Shown here in pieces: positions 18,417-29,517 of a DNA stretch of 64,000 nucleotides. The position numbers were made by a program, and so were the translations under genes. Origin of the DNA: Patescibacteria group bacterium (lineage in GTDB: Bacteria > Patescibacteriota > Patescibacteriia > 2-12-FULL-57-11); contig SCUL01000002.1 in assembly GCA_004297205.1 (NCBI GenBank), positions 381,418-445,417 on the forward strand. Direction: 5' to 3'. The notes beneath the pieces were generated by a model. That model saw only the letters and a list, made by a program, of their open reading frames with translations, was not told where the DNA came from and did not search any database. The first letter of the stretch is position 1; each line of letters opens with the position of its first letter.

Positions 18417-19103
18417 TTAGGCTGCTTTGGATGCGATCCCGCCGATGGCGGGACGCTCCTTCTTTTCAAACACCTCGCCGCGGTAGATCCAGACCTTCAC
18501 GCCGATCGTGCCGGCCATGGTGCGGGCGAAGCTCTGCGCGTAGTCGATGTCGGCGCGCAGGTTCTGCAACGGCACGCTGCCGCGGGACAACGTCTCGGTG
18601 CGGGCGATTTCGGCGCCGTTGAGTCGGCCGGCCACTTCGAGCTTCACGCCCTTGGCGCCCGCCTTCTCGACGCGTTCGGCCGTGCCCTTGAGGACGCGGC
18701 GGAACGGCAGACGGCGCTCCAATTCGCCGATCATGCCCTGCATGACGATGGCGGCGGAGAGTCCCGGACGCGAGACCTCGACGATGTTCAGGTTCAGCGT
18801 GACGCGGCGGCCGCGGTAGAAACGGTCGCGCAACTTCTTCTTCAAATCTTCCGCGCCGGCGCCGGAGCGGCCGATGATGAGGCCGGGCTTGGCCGTGTGA
18901 ATGACCACGACGATGGCGTTCGCGGTCCGCTCGATGTCGATGTGGTCAACCGCCGAGTCCTTGAGGAGCTCGGTCAGGTAGACGCGCATCTGCACGTCCT
19001 CCTTGAGGAGAGCGGGCACCAACTGGCGCTTCGCGAACCAACGCGAACCCCAGGTCTGGACGGTGCCGATGCGGAACGCTTTGGGGTGAACTTTCTGACC
19101 CAT
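18417..19103 (-). CDS. rpsC: 30S ribosomal protein S3
   Basis: 228 aa. MGQKVHPKAFRIG plus KH domain. Confidence 0.95.
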   Translation of the reverse strand: MGQKVHPKAFRIGTVQTWGSRWFAKRQLVPALLKEDVQMRVYLTELLKDSAVDHIDIERTANAIVVVIHTAKPGLIIGRSGAGAEDLKKKLRDRFYRGRRVTLNLNIVEVSRPGLSAAIVMQGMIGELERRLPFRRVLKGTAERVEKAGAKGVKLEVAGRLNGAEIARTETLSRGSVPLQNLRADIDYAQSFARTMAGTIGVKVWIYRGEVFEKKERPAIGGIASKAA

Positions 19104-19107
19104 AGGA

Positions 19108-19545
19108 TTAGGCGGTAACCTTCACGGCCTTCGCGACCTTCTTCTTGGTCGCGGTCTCCGCAGCGGCGATCTTGGCGGCCTTCTTCGCCGCCTTCTTGCC
19201 CTTGGCGGCAGGCTTCTCGTCGGAGAGGATGAGCGTGATGTGGGAGGTGCGCTTGCGGATGGGCGCGGCGCGGCCCATGGCGCGGGCGCGCCAGCGGTTC
19301 AGGGTCGGTCCGCCGTCGACGGTGATCGTCTTCACGTAGAGCGTCTCGCGGGACAGCTTGAAATTGTGCTCGGCGTTGGCCGCGGCGGAACGCAGGAGCT
19401 TGATGACCGGGAGCGCCGCGGCCTTCGGGAGGAAGGTCAGCCGCGTCTCGGCCTCGATGACCGACATGCCGCGGATGACATCGATAACCAGCCGCACCTT
19501 GCGGGGCGCCATGCGCAGATAGCGGAGGGAAGCGTGAACGTCCAT
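19108..19545 (-). CDS. rplV: 50S ribosomal protein L22 with Lys/Ala-rich C-terminal extension
   Basis: 145 aa. The L22 core is present (MAPRKVRLVIDVIRGMSV). The tail reads KPAAKGKKAAKKAAKIAAAETATKKKVAKAVKVTA. Confidence 0.9.
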   Translation of the reverse strand: MDVHASLRYLRMAPRKVRLVIDVIRGMSVIEAETRLTFLPKAAALPVIKLLRSAAANAEHNFKLSRETLYVKTITVDGGPTLNRWRARAMGRAAPIRKRTSHITLILSDEKPAAKGKKAAKKAAKIAAAETATKKKVAKAVKVTA

Positions 19546-19549
19546 AGGA

Positions 19550-19888
19550 TTACTTCTTCTTGGCCTCCGCCGCCCCCGCCGCTGGCGGGGCCGGCTTGGC
19601 CGCGACCGCGGCCGCCGACTCGAGGTCCTTCTGCATCTTGCCGCCGTGGCGCACGAACTTGCGCGTCGGCGAGAATTCGCCGAGCTTGTGGCCGACCATG
19701 TTTTCGACGACGTAGACCGGGACGTGCACCTTGCCGTTGTGCACGTTGATCGTCAGGCCGACCATTTCGGCGATGATCGTCGAATCGCGCGACCACGTCT
19801 TGATGGACTTGTCGCCCGGCTTGGCCTTCTGCACTTTCATGAGCAGTTTGGGATCGATCCAAACGCCTTTCTTCAGGGAACGCGACAT
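19550..19888 (-). CDS. rpsS: 30S ribosomal protein S19 with Ala/Lys-rich C-terminal extension
   Basis: 112 aa. Contains [16 protein letters not shown]...GHKLGEF. Confidence 0.95.
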   Translation of the reverse strand: MSRSLKKGVWIDPKLLMKVQKAKPGDKSIKTWSRDSTIIAEMVGLTINVHNGKVHVPVYVVENMVGHKLGEFSPTRKFVRHGGKMQKDLESAAAVAAKPAPPAAGAAEAKKK

Positions 19889-19889
19889 A

Positions 19890-20729
19890 TTAGAGGATGC
19901 CCTTACGGCGCTTCACGATCATCTTGTTGCTCCACTTCTTGGAGCGGCGGGTCTTCACGCCGAGCGCATGCTTGCCCCACTTCGTCTTGGCATACTTCAT
20001 ACCGATGGGGTGCTTGCCTTCGCCGCCGCCGTGCGGGTGATCGACCGGGTTCATGACTTTGCCGCGCACCGTCGGGCGGATGCCGCGGTGGCGCATGCGG
20101 CCGGCTTTGCCGAGGCGCACCAGGCGGTGGTCCGGGTTGCCCACGGAACCAATCGTCGCCATGCAACCCTTCGGCAGCCGGCGCACTTCGCCGGACGGGA
20201 GCTTCACCTGGGCATGGTCGCCTTCGACGGCCATGAGCTGGGCGCCCAAACCGGCGCCGCGCACCATGCGGCCGCCCTGGCCGGGCAGCAATTCGACGTC
20301 GTGGATGGTCATGCCGACCGGAATTTCGGAGAGCGGCATGCGGTTGCCCGGCGTCACCTCGACGCGGTGCAACGAAGAAACGACGGTCTGACCGACGGCG
20401 ATGCCGTTCGGCGCAACCATGTACCGGCGCACGCCGTCGCGGTAGACCAGAAGGGCGATACGGGCGCCGCGGGCCGGGTCATGCTCGATGGCCTCGACCT
20501 TCGCGGGCACGTCGTACTTCTCGCGCTTGTTGTCGACATCGCGAAGATACCGGCGCGCGCCGCCGCCGCGGTGGCGGACGGTGATCTTGCCCTGGTTGTT
20601 GCGGCCGCCGCTCCGCTTCTTCATCGTGATGAGCGACTTTTCCGGTTCGAACTTAGTCAGGTCCGCGTACGCGTCCACCGACGCAAGGCGCCGTGCCGGA
20701 GTCGTAGGTTTGAAAGATTTGATCGGCAT
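19890..20729 (-). CDS. rplB: 50S ribosomal protein L2
   Basis: 279 aa with L2 signatures ([16 protein letters not shown]..., HPHGGGEGK). Confidence 0.95.
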   Translation of the reverse strand: MPIKSFKPTTPARRLASVDAYADLTKFEPEKSLITMKKRSGGRNNQGKITVRHRGGGARRYLRDVDNKREKYDVPAKVEAIEHDPARGARIALLVYRDGVRRYMVAPNGIAVGQTVVSSLHRVEVTPGNRMPLSEIPVGMTIHDVELLPGQGGRMVRGAGLGAQLMAVEGDHAQVKLPSGEVRRLPKGCMATIGSVGNPDHRLVRLGKAGRMRHRGIRPTVRGKVMNPVDHPHGGGEGKHPIGMKYAKTKWGKHALGVKTRRSKKWSNKMIVKRRKGIL

Positions 20730-20735
20730 ACGGGT

Positions 20736-21164
20736 TTACACGCCTTCGTAGATGGAGAGCGCGGCGCCCGGCGCGAGCGTCACCACGGCTTTCTTCCAGT
20801 CCTTCTGCACGCCGCTGGTCTGGCCGAAACGCACGTGCTTGCCTTTGACGCGCAGCATGTTCACGCGGATCGGACGCACGCCGTAGAGCTTGTTCACGGC
20901 GTCGCGGACCTGGAGCTTGGTGGCTTTGAGCGGCACGACGAACACGTACTGGCGCTGCCCGGACATGCGGGCGGCCTTTTCCGTGACGTGCGGGTGGCGC
21001 AGCACCGACGTGGCAATGCCGGTGTCCCGGTCGCCCGCGGGCGCAGCAACCCCGGCCCCGCTCAGCGGGGCCTTCGAAGCGGCCTTCTTGGCCGGGGCCT
21101 TTTTGGCGCCCGCGCCGGTCGGCGGCTTCCTCCCGAACTTGAATTTGTCCAAAAACGCAGCCAT
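20736..21164 (-). CDS. rplW: 50S ribosomal protein L23 with Lys/Ala-rich N-terminal extension
   Basis: 142 aa. The L23 core (RHPHVTEKA...YVFVVPLKATKLQVRDAV) follows a ~45-aa basic extension. Confidence 0.9.
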   Translation of the reverse strand: MAAFLDKFKFGRKPPTGAGAKKAPAKKAASKAPLSGAGVAAPAGDRDTGIATSVLRHPHVTEKAARMSGQRQYVFVVPLKATKLQVRDAVNKLYGVRPIRVNMLRVKGKHVRFGQTSGVQKDWKKAVVTLAPGAALSIYEGV

Positions 21165-21173
21165 AGCCGTCGG

Positions 21174-21800
21174 TTAACCGAACATCTCTTCCATCTTCTT
21201 CGTGCCCGCCGCCGTGGTCAGCACCGTGTCGTGGCCGAGCAGCACCGTGATGTTCAGGCTGCCGACGTTGACCGAGGTCACCTGCGGAAGGTTGGCGAGC
21301 GATTTGACGACCTTCTGGTCGCGCGCCGGAAGCGCCACCAGGACCTTGCGGCCCACCGGAAGCGCCTTGAGCATCTTCACCATGGTCTTGGTCTTGTACT
21401 CGGCCGCGGTGAGCGTCTCAAGCACGAGCAAACGGTCATGGGCGACCTTGTCGGTCAGCGCCATGCGCAGCGCCTGCTGTTTCACCTTGCGGTTGATCTT
21501 CTTTTCGTAGTTGCGCGTGTTGCGCGGACCGAACACCACGCCGCCGCCCTTCCAGATCGGGGAACGGATGGAACCGTGGCGGGCGCGGCCGGTGCCCTTT
21601 TGCTTCCAGGGTTTCTTGCCGCCGCCGCGCACTTCGCCGCGGGTCTTGGTATGAGCAATGACCTTGCGGGAGGCGGACAGCTGCGCGACCGCAGCCTCAT
21701 GGAGAACGGTCGGCTTCACGTCGACGCCGAAGACGGCGGCCGAGAGCTCCTGCTCGCCGACCTTCTTACCGTCCATGTTGTACAGGGGGACTTTCAACAT
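21174..21800 (-). CDS. rplD: 50S ribosomal protein L4
   Basis: 208 aa with L4 family similarity ([25 protein letters not shown]). Confidence 0.95.
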   Translation of the reverse strand: MLKVPLYNMDGKKVGEQELSAAVFGVDVKPTVLHEAAVAQLSASRKVIAHTKTRGEVRGGGKKPWKQKGTGRARHGSIRSPIWKGGGVVFGPRNTRNYEKKINRKVKQQALRMALTDKVAHDRLLVLETLTAAEYKTKTMVKMLKALPVGRKVLVALPARDQKVVKSLANLPQVTSVNVGSLNITVLLGHDTVLTTAAGTKKMEEMFG

Positions 21801-21806
21801 ATGCGT

Positions 21807-22508
21807 TTAGGCCTGTTCGGCGGCCGGTGCGGCCGGCGCTTCCACCGGAGCGGACACGGGTTCCGCGGCCGGCGCCTGGCTGGCGCGGTAGGTCTGCGTG
21901 CCTTCGCCCGAGAGCAACAGCATGGAGTTCCGCGCGCCCGGCACCGCGCCTTTCAGCGCGACGATACCGGCGGCAGCGTCTACGGAGACGACTTCGAGAC
22001 CGCGCACCGTGACGCGGTCGCCGCCCATGCGGCCGGCCATGCGCTTGCCCGGGGCCACCGGACCCTGGCGCTTCGAGCCGATCGAACCCGGCATGCGCAA
22101 CTGGTCCTTATGGCCGTGGGTCGCGGGGTGCCCGCGGAAGCCGTGACGCTTGACGACGCCCTGGAAACCCTTGCCCTTCGAGGTGCCGACGACGTGCACG
22201 ACGTCGCCCGGCGCCAACGTGGAAACGTCCGCAACCTGGCCCGGCGCAATGCCGGAAACGTCGTCAACCCGGAACTCGCGGAACTCCGCGAAGCTGCGGC
22301 CGAGGGCCTTGGTGTGGCCGACCTGCGGCTTCTTCACGTTGCGCGAAGTTCCCACGCCCACCTGGATGGCGGCGTAGCCGTCTTTCTCCTGCGTGCGGAT
22401 GGCCGTCACCGTATTCGGTTCGACCATGACCAAGGTGACCGGGACGACGGTGCCGTCCGGCCGGAACTCCTGGCGCATCTCGATTTTACGACCGACGATG
22501 AATTTCAT
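21807..22508 (-). CDS. rplC: 50S ribosomal protein L3 (Ala/Pro-rich C-terminal tail)
   Basis: ORF 21807..22571 trimmed to MKFIVGRKIEMRQEF. Contains GKGFQGVVKRHGF. Confidence 0.9.
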   Translation of the reverse strand: MKFIVGRKIEMRQEFRPDGTVVPVTLVMVEPNTVTAIRTQEKDGYAAIQVGVGTSRNVKKPQVGHTKALGRSFAEFREFRVDDVSGIAPGQVADVSTLAPGDVVHVVGTSKGKGFQGVVKRHGFRGHPATHGHKDQLRMPGSIGSKRQGPVAPGKRMAGRMGGDRVTVRGLEVVSVDAAAGIVALKGAVPGARNSMLLLSGEGTQTYRASQAPAAEPVSAPVEAPAAPAAEQA

Positions 22509-22803
22509 AATTCCGTGATTCTGGCGAAACAAAAACCAGAAGCCTTCGCACCACCCCGCCGACCAACCCATTCCATTATGGGTGGCGGGGTCATGCGAAC
22601 ACTTCTAGCACGCACTGCCGTCTTCAACGGGTGGCGTGGGGAGAGCTGTCAATGACGGTACCTCGCTGTTCTCGGCCGCCGATCGGCGTCGGGTCTGCTC
22701 CGGAGAGCACCAGCGCGACGCGGTGGGAAGCCGAGGTTGGAGCCGCTCCGGCTCCCCTGCGCGTCCCACTCTGGGGCGCACGGGGCAGCCGGAGGGCTGC
22801 TGC
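22509..22803 (-). promoter_or_regulatory. 295-nt structured GC-rich spacer between rpsJ and rplC (candidate internal leader/attenuator of the S10 operon)
   Basis: Unusually long non-coding gap inside an otherwise tightly packed r-protein cluster. It contains several inverted repeats, a TTGACA hexamer (minus sense, + coordinates ~22647-22652), and a short hairpin plus U-rich tract just upstream of rplC. Confidence 0.35.
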
Positions 22804-23163
22804 TTACATCTTGATTTCGACGTCGACGCCGGCCGGCAGGTTCAGGTTCATCAGGGCGTCGATGGTGCGGGGCGTGGGATCGATGATGTCGACGAGCCGC
22901 TTCGAGGTGCGGACCTCGTACTGCTCGCGGGCGTCCTTGTGGACGAACGTCGAGCGGTTGACCGTGAACTTCTTCTTCTCGGTCGGCAGCGGGATCGGGC
23001 CGATCACGGACGCGCCGGAGCGCGTGGCCGTGTCGATGATGGTGCGGGCGGACTGGTCGATGATCTTGTGATCATAGGCGCGGATCTTGATACGGATCCG
23101 CTGCTTCTCGTCCTCCTTGCCCTTCACCGCAGGTTTTTTGACGACAGTGCTCATGCGATCCAC
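22804..23163 (-). CDS. rpsJ: 30S ribosomal protein S10 (short basic N-terminal extension)
   Basis: 119-aa ORF. The S10 core ([31 protein letters not shown]) follows directly after tuf. Confidence 0.9.
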   Translation of the reverse strand: MDRMSTVVKKPAVKGKEDEKQRIRIKIRAYDHKIIDQSARTIIDTATRSGASVIGPIPLPTEKKKFTVNRSTFVHKDAREQYEVRTSKRLVDIIDPTPRTIDALMNLNLPAGVDVEIKM

Positions 23164-23193
23164 GAATGCCCCCGCCGAGGCGGGGGCAGGGAG

Positions 23194-24384
<1,191 letters not shown>

Positions 24385-24458
24385 AGGTTTCCGTGAGAGA
24401 CGCCAGCCCGGTGGCGGGCGGCTGATTACGGATGGTTTAAGCCAAAAATGCGTTGGTG

Positions 24459-24500
24459 AATATAGCACGGCACCCGGAGGGATGCAAGAGTCCCTGTCAA
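24459..24500 (-). promoter_or_regulatory. Candidate sigma70-type promoter for tuf
   Basis: In minus sense: TTGCAT, 17 nt, TATATT (with an alternative upstream TTGACA). It lies in the 120-nt gap between the 98-aa ORF and tuf. Confidence 0.4.
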
Positions 24501-24505
24501 GGGGC

Positions 24506-24802
24506 TCACTCGATCGGTTCTAAGTAGAACTTTTCCTCTTCGTTGAGCGGTTCTTGAGCCTCCGGAGCGGCCTCCGGGGCGGTCGGGACGACCGGCTCCG
24601 GTTGCCACGTTTCCAGGGATTCCTCGCGCGTCGCTGGGAAAGCGGCCGGGGCAGGAGCCGCCGGTGTCCCCGCCACCAGACCTTCGTAGGCCGCCAGCGG
24701 CATCACGACGACGGGCTCGGGGAGGCTGGCATCGACCAGCACGTGGCGCTCCCCCGTCCGTGCCGCGATCTTCATCAACCGTTCAAGGAGGTCGCTGCGC
24801 AT
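24506..24802 (-). CDS. Small acidic hypothetical protein with Phd/YefM-antitoxin-like N-terminal region, encoded between fusA and tuf
   Basis: 98-aa ORF with a coding-like GC3 bias. The N-terminal ~45 aa ([24 protein letters not shown]) resembles the YefM/Phd fold pattern. The C-terminal half is Pro/Ala/Glu-rich. No toxin partner is adjacent. Confidence 0.5.
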   Translation of the reverse strand: MRSDLLERLMKIAARTGERHVLVDASLPEPVVVMPLAAYEGLVAGTPAAPAPAAFPATREESLETWQPEPVVPTAPEAAPEAQEPLNEEEKFYLEPIE

Positions 24803-24809
24803 ACCAGGC

Positions 24810-26909
24810 TTAGCGGCGCGCGCTGGCCGTGGCCGCGCGGCCCTCGATGATGCCGGCAGCGACGTTCGGCGGGATCGGCTCGTAGCTCGAGAACTCCATG
24901 GAATAACTGGCGCGGCCCTGGGACATCGAGCGCAGCTGGGTGGCGTAGCCGAACAATTCGGCCAACGGAACCATGGCGCGGATGACCTTAATGCCGCCGG
25001 TGCGGTCGGTCATCTCCTGAATCTGACCGCGCTTGGAGTTGAGGTCGCCGATGACTTCGCCCATGAAGTTCTCGGGGGTGATGACTTCGACCTTGAAGAC
25101 CGGTTCGAGCAGGATCGGGCCCGCCTTTTTGACGGCTTCCTGGAAAGCGAAGCTGCCGGCCAGTTTGAAGGCCGCTTCGGACGAGTCGACGTCGTGGTAG
25201 GAACCGTCGAAGACCGCGCAGCGCACGTCGATGACCGGGTAGCCGGCCGTGACCCCGCGCAGTGACGCTTCCTTGGCGCCCTTCTCGATCGGACCGATGA
25301 ATTCCTTGGGAACGACGCCGCCCTTGGTTTCGTCCTCGAATTCCCAGCCTTCACCGCGGTTGCGCGGTTCGACGCGGACCCAGCAATGGCCGTATTGGCC
25401 GTGGCCGCCGGTCTGGCGGATGTATTTACCTTCGCCTTCGGCGGCCTTGGTGATGGCTTCCTTGTAGGAGACTTGCGGCGTGCCGACGTTGGCTTCCACC
25501 TTGAACTCACGCTTCATGCGGTCGACGATGATGTCGAGGTGCAGTTCGCCCATCCCCGCAATGATCGTCTGCAGCGTGCTTTCGTCGGTGCGCACGCGGA
25601 AGGTCGGATCTTCTTCGGCGAGTTTTTGCAGCGCGATGCCCATCTTTTCCTGGTCGGCCTTGGTCTTCGGCTCGATGGCCAGCTGGATGACCGGCTCCGG
25701 GAAGGTGATGCGCTCCAAAAGGATGGGGTGGTCTTCGGCGGACAGCGTGTGGCCGGTGAAGGTGTCCTTCAAGCCGACCGCGGCGGCGATGTCGCCGGCG
25801 TAGACCATGTCCACGTCCTCGCGGGTGTTGGCGTGGAGGCGGACGATGCGGCTGACGCGCTCGCGCTCGCCGGTCGTGGTGTTCAAGACGTAGGAGCCGG
25901 ACGCCAGCGTGCCGGAATAGACGCGGAAGAAGCAGAGTTTGCCGACGAACGGATCGGCCGCGACTTTGAACGCCAGTGCCGTGAACGGTTCCGTGTCCGA
26001 GGCGTGGCGCTCCAGGATCTTTTCATGATCGTCCGGGTCCGTGCCTTTGATCGGGGGCACATCGAGCGGGCTCGGCAGATATTCGACGATGGCGTCCAGC
26101 ATGTGCTGCACGCCCTTGTTCTTGAGCGCGCTGCCGCACAAGACCGGGACGATCTCGAAGGCGATGGTCTGGGTGCGCATCAGCTGCTTGAGCTTCTCGA
26201 GCGGGATCTCCTGGCCGGCCAGGTAGGCGGTCATGGACGCTTCGTCGCTTTCGACGAGCTTCTCAATCAGCTTGGCGCGGTATTCTTCGACCTTGTCCTT
26301 CATGTCCGCCGGCACGTCCTCGATGCGGACGTCCTGGCCCAGGTCGTCCATGAAGACATGGGCCTTGCGGGTCAGCAGGTCGACGACGCCCTTGAAGTTA
26401 TCTTCGGCGCCGATCGGCAGCTGGATCGCGTAGGCGTTCTTGGTGAGCCGGGCATGGATGCTCGCCAGGTCCGCGAAAAAGTCGGCCCCGGTGCGGTCGA
26501 GTTTGTTGATGAAGCAGAGGCGCGGCACCTTGTACTCGTCGGCGTAGCGCCAGTTGGTTTCCGACTGCGGTTCCACGCCGGCGACGCCGTCGAAAATGAC
26601 GCAGGCGCCGTCCAACACGCGCAGCGAACGCTTCACTTCGACCGTGAAGTCGATGTGGCCCGGCGTGTCGATCAGGTTCATCCGGTGGTTCTTCCAGAAG
26701 CAGGTCGTGGCCGCGGCGGTGATGGTGATGCCGCGCTCTTGCTCCTGTTCCATCCAGTCCATGGTGGCTTCGCCCTCGTGCACTTCGCCGATCTTGTGCT
26801 TCTTCCCGGTGTAAAACAGCACGCGCTCGGAGACGGTGGTCTTGCCGGCGTCGATGTGGGCGATGATGCCGAAGTTACGTGTCCTCTCCAACGGATAGTC
26901 GCGCGGCAT
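24810..26909 (-). CDS. fusA: Elongation factor G
   Basis: 699 aa. Contains AHIDAGKTT and domains II-V. Confidence 0.97.
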   Translation of the reverse strand: MPRDYPLERTRNFGIIAHIDAGKTTVSERVLFYTGKKHKIGEVHEGEATMDWMEQEQERGITITAAATTCFWKNHRMNLIDTPGHIDFTVEVKRSLRVLDGACVIFDGVAGVEPQSETNWRYADEYKVPRLCFINKLDRTGADFFADLASIHARLTKNAYAIQLPIGAEDNFKGVVDLLTRKAHVFMDDLGQDVRIEDVPADMKDKVEEYRAKLIEKLVESDEASMTAYLAGQEIPLEKLKQLMRTQTIAFEIVPVLCGSALKNKGVQHMLDAIVEYLPSPLDVPPIKGTDPDDHEKILERHASDTEPFTALAFKVAADPFVGKLCFFRVYSGTLASGSYVLNTTTGERERVSRIVRLHANTREDVDMVYAGDIAAAVGLKDTFTGHTLSAEDHPILLERITFPEPVIQLAIEPKTKADQEKMGIALQKLAEEDPTFRVRTDESTLQTIIAGMGELHLDIIVDRMKREFKVEANVGTPQVSYKEAITKAAEGEGKYIRQTGGHGQYGHCWVRVEPRNRGEGWEFEDETKGGVVPKEFIGPIEKGAKEASLRGVTAGYPVIDVRCAVFDGSYHDVDSSEAAFKLAGSFAFQEAVKKAGPILLEPVFKVEVITPENFMGEVIGDLNSKRGQIQEMTDRTGGIKVIRAMVPLAELFGYATQLRSMSQGRASYSMEFSSYEPIPPNVAAGIIEGRAATASARR

Positions 26910-26912
26910 ACG

Positions 26913-27380
26913 TTAGCGCGCAAAGTGGGCGAAGGCGCGGTTGGCCTCGGCCATGCGCTGCACGTCCATGCGCTTTTTGACGGCGCTCCCCTCGCCCTTG
27001 GCGGCTTCGAGGATTTCGGACGCGAGCTTCTCGGACATCGGTTTGCCCTTGCGGGAGTTGGCGGCGGCGATCAGCCAGCGGAAGGCCAGCGCGGTGCGGC
27101 GCTCGCCGCGGACCGGGATCGGAATCTGGTAGTTGGCCCCGCCGACGCGCCGGCTGACCACTTCGATCTGCGGGGTGACGTTGCGCATGGCGGCGTCAAA
27201 AACGTGCGCCGGATCGTCCTTGCTCTGTTCGGCGACGATGTCGAGCGCGGCGTAGACGACCTTCTGTGCGGTCGTCTTTTTGCCGGCCTTCATGATGCTG
27301 TTGACCAGTTTGGCGATGACCACCGAACCGTACTTGCTATCCGGGGCGATCACGCGCTTGGGTGCCTGTTTGCCGCGCAT
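26913..27380 (-). CDS. rpsG: 30S ribosomal protein S7
   Basis: 155 aa with S7 family similarity. Confidence 0.95.
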   Translation of the reverse strand: MRGKQAPKRVIAPDSKYGSVVIAKLVNSIMKAGKKTTAQKVVYAALDIVAEQSKDDPAHVFDAAMRNVTPQIEVVSRRVGGANYQIPIPVRGERRTALAFRWLIAAANSRKGKPMSEKLASEILEAAKGEGSAVKKRMDVQRMAEANRAFAHFAR

Positions 27381-27383
27381 AGG

Positions 27384-27812
27384 TTAGGAAGACTTGGCTT
27401 TCGGCTTCTTGGTGCCGTAAATCGAGCGGCCGCGGCGGCGCGATTCCACGCCCTGCGTGTCGTAGACGCCGCGGACGATGTGGTAGCGCACGCCCGGAAG
27501 GTCCTTCACGCGACCGCCGCGGATCATGACGATGGAGTGTTCCTGGAGGTTGTGGCCCTCGCCCGGAATGTAGGCGGTGACTTCCATGCCGTTCGACAAG
27601 CGGACGCGGGCGATCTTGCGGAGCGCCGAGTTCGGCTTCTTCGGGGTCATGGTGGTGACCTTCACGCAGACGCCGCGCTTGAACGGCGAACCCATCGGCA
27701 AGTCGGTGCGCTTGCGATGGATGGTGTCGAGAACGCTCTGGAGCGCCGGCGACTTGGTCTTGCGGCTGTTGGGTCGGCGGCCGCGGCGGATGAGTTGGTT
27801 GATGGTCGGCAT
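27384..27812 (-). CDS. rpsL: 30S ribosomal protein S12 (basic C-terminal extension)
   Basis: ORF 27384..28022 trimmed to [14 protein letters not shown] (the upstream 70 aa are not S12-like). Contains [10 protein letters not shown]. Confidence 0.93.
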   Translation of the reverse strand: MPTINQLIRRGRRPNSRKTKSPALQSVLDTIHRKRTDLPMGSPFKRGVCVKVTTMTPKKPNSALRKIARVRLSNGMEVTAYIPGEGHNLQEHSIVMIRGGRVKDLPGVRYHIVRGVYDTQGVESRRRGRSIYGTKKPKAKSS

Positions 27813-27933
27813 CGCGGGTAATAAAAAAGACTGATCGAAACGTGGATTTTCCCCCGAAGGCCGCCTTCGCCCCAGAGAGTCATCCGAATGCCGGCCTAAC
27901 GTATCATGGGCCGAAAATGCGGTCAACAGGCCC

Positions 27934-28614
27934 CTACAGGACCTGCACGACCACCCCGAAGAGCGGGAAAAAGACGTACCGGTAGACCAGGGAAAAGAGA
28001 ATCCCAAAGACCGAAATCCCAATCAAATATTGGAGGGAAAGCACCAAGAGCAGGAGGAACGGACCGCGCGTTTCCAGGAAAAAGCGGGTCCGGGCGTGCT
28101 GGGGACCGGAGAGCAGGTCGAGCAGGAACTTGGAGCCGTCGAGCGGCGGGATGGGGATGAGGTTGAAGAAAAACAGCCCGACGTTGATCAGGAAGTAGTA
28201 GCCGAGGAAGATCATCAGCAGATTCGACTCCGGCACCCCGGCACCCCAGGCCAGCCGGATGGCGATGCCGGCCACGGCGGCCTGCAGGAAGTTGGAGATC
28301 GGGCCGGCGAAGGCCACGAGGGTCGGTCCCCACTGCTGGACGCGGAGATTGTAGGGATTGAACGGGACGGGCTTGGCCCAGCCGAAACCGGCCACGACCG
28401 CCATGACCATGCCGAGCGGGTCGACGTGGACGAGCGGGTTCAACGACAAGCGCCCGGCGAGGCGCGCCGTCTGGTCGCCGAGCGACGTCGCGGCCAGGGC
28501 GTGGCAGAACTCATGGAGCGACAAGGCCAGCACGATCGCCGCCAGCCACAGCAGAACGACGAGCGGCGCGGAGAAATCCAGGAAATAGGGGACGCGCAGG
28601 ATGATGGTCTCCAT
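27934..28614 (-). CDS. Site-2 protease family (M50) intramembrane zinc metalloprotease
   Basis: ORF trimmed to METIILRV. Carries an HEFCH (HExxH) motif in a TM helix and [11 protein letters not shown] (the LDG motif). Multi-pass membrane protein. Confidence 0.8.
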   Translation of the reverse strand: METIILRVPYFLDFSAPLVVLLWLAAIVLALSLHEFCHALAATSLGDQTARLAGRLSLNPLVHVDPLGMVMAVVAGFGWAKPVPFNPYNLRVQQWGPTLVAFAGPISNFLQAAVAGIAIRLAWGAGVPESNLLMIFLGYYFLINVGLFFFNLIPIPPLDGSKFLLDLLSGPQHARTRFFLETRGPFLLLLVLSLQYLIGISVFGILFSLVYRYVFFPLFGVVVQVL

Positions 28615-28673
28615 GGGGGCTTGCCAAAGTGTCCCCGGCATGATAGCATATGGCGGCATTGAATCATCTTCGT

Positions 28674-28856
28674 ATGGCACGCATTTGCGACACCTGCGGC
28701 CGCGGTCCGATCATGAGCGCGACCCGCAGCCACTCCAACATCAAGACCAAGCACCGCCGGTACGTGAACCTGCAGGTGAAGCGTTTTGCCGGCCGGACCC
28801 TCAAGGTCTGCACCCGCTGCCTGAAGACCCAGGCCAAGGCGATGAAGACGGCCTAA
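28674..28856 (+). CDS. rpmB: 50S ribosomal protein L28
   Basis: 60 aa. Begins MARICDTCGRGPIMSATRSHSNIKTKHRRYVNLQVKRF. Divergent from the M50 protease gene, with a 59-bp gap. Confidence 0.9.
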   Translation: MARICDTCGRGPIMSATRSHSNIKTKHRRYVNLQVKRFAGRTLKVCTRCLKTQAKAMKTA

Positions 28857-28866
28857 GGCCGCACGC

Positions 28867-28896
28867 AAAAACCCTCCGCATGTGCGGAGGGTTTTT
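28867..28896. terminator. Bidirectional rho-independent terminator (rpmB / downstream minus-strand gene)
   Basis: aaaaaCCCTCCGCAtgtGCGGAGGGtttttcgttt. Confidence 0.8.
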
Positions 28897-28905
28897 CGTT
28901 TGCGC

Positions 28906-29355
28906 TCAGGGAGCGGCCGGGACGATCGTGAACCAACCCAGCGGCATGCGCCACGGACCGACGCGCAGCGTGATGCGTCCAAGCAGGGAGCCGTCCTCCT
29001 GCGCCACGATCTGATCTTCGATCTGCTTCAGCCACCACGGATTGGCGTCTTGCGCGTAGTCGAGCACCAGACGGTCGTCGCGGATCGCGTGGCGGAATGG
29101 GTAGCTCTCCGCATCCCCCACCCGGTTTGCACCGGTGCCGTCGGGACGGAAAACTTTCCCTTTCCAGCTCGTCGGCAACGGCGGTGCCAGGAGCGTGCCG
29201 TCGTAGACGCCGAGGAGCGGCTCCGGCGCGCGACCGGCGGAAAACTGGCGAGCGTACTCCCAAGCGGCCGGATGCACGTTCAAAAAGACGTAGAGCAGGA
29301 TCGCCAGAAGAGCGATGCTGGCCAGGAGGGAGCCGAGAATGCGGAGGACGAGCAT
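28906..29355 (-). CDS. Hypothetical membrane-anchored protein
   Basis: 149 aa with an N-terminal TM helix. No family recognised. Confidence 0.4.
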   Translation of the reverse strand: MLVLRILGSLLASIALLAILLYVFLNVHPAAWEYARQFSAGRAPEPLLGVYDGTLLAPPLPTSWKGKVFRPDGTGANRVGDAESYPFRHAIRDDRLVLDYAQDANPWWLKQIEDQIVAQEDGSLLGRITLRVGPWRMPLGWFTIVPAAP

Positions 29356-29380
29356 AGAACGAAAACGGTCAGCGTTCCTG

Positions 29381-29453
29381 TCGGGCTAGCGGGACTCGAA
29401 CCCGCGGCCTCTTGCACCCCATGCAAGCGCGCTACCAACTGCGCTATAGCCCG
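29381..29453 (-). tRNA. tRNA-Pro (anticodon GGG)
   Basis: 73-nt cloverleaf. Perfect acceptor stem CGGGCTA/TAGCCCG with discriminator A. D-arm is GCGC-AGTTGGTA-GCGC. Anticodon arm is CTTGC-ATGGGGT-GCAAG (GGG, with G37). T-arm is GCGGG-TTCGAGT-CCCGC. CCA is not encoded. Confidence 0.9.
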
Positions 29454-29517
29454 ACGCGAAAGCCGACCGCTTTGTACGCCGGGATTCTGCAGGAGGCGGA
29501 AGGTGCTGTCAACGCGG

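Noticed and set aside
19731-22655. 974-aa plus-strand ORF across rplB-rplC
   Set aside because: Antisense to conserved ribosomal protein genes. No protein-like features.
27813-28022. 70-codon N-terminal extension of the rpsL ORF
   Set aside because: The extension has no similarity to S12 and is low-complexity. The conserved MPTINQL start with upstream promoter-like region is used instead.
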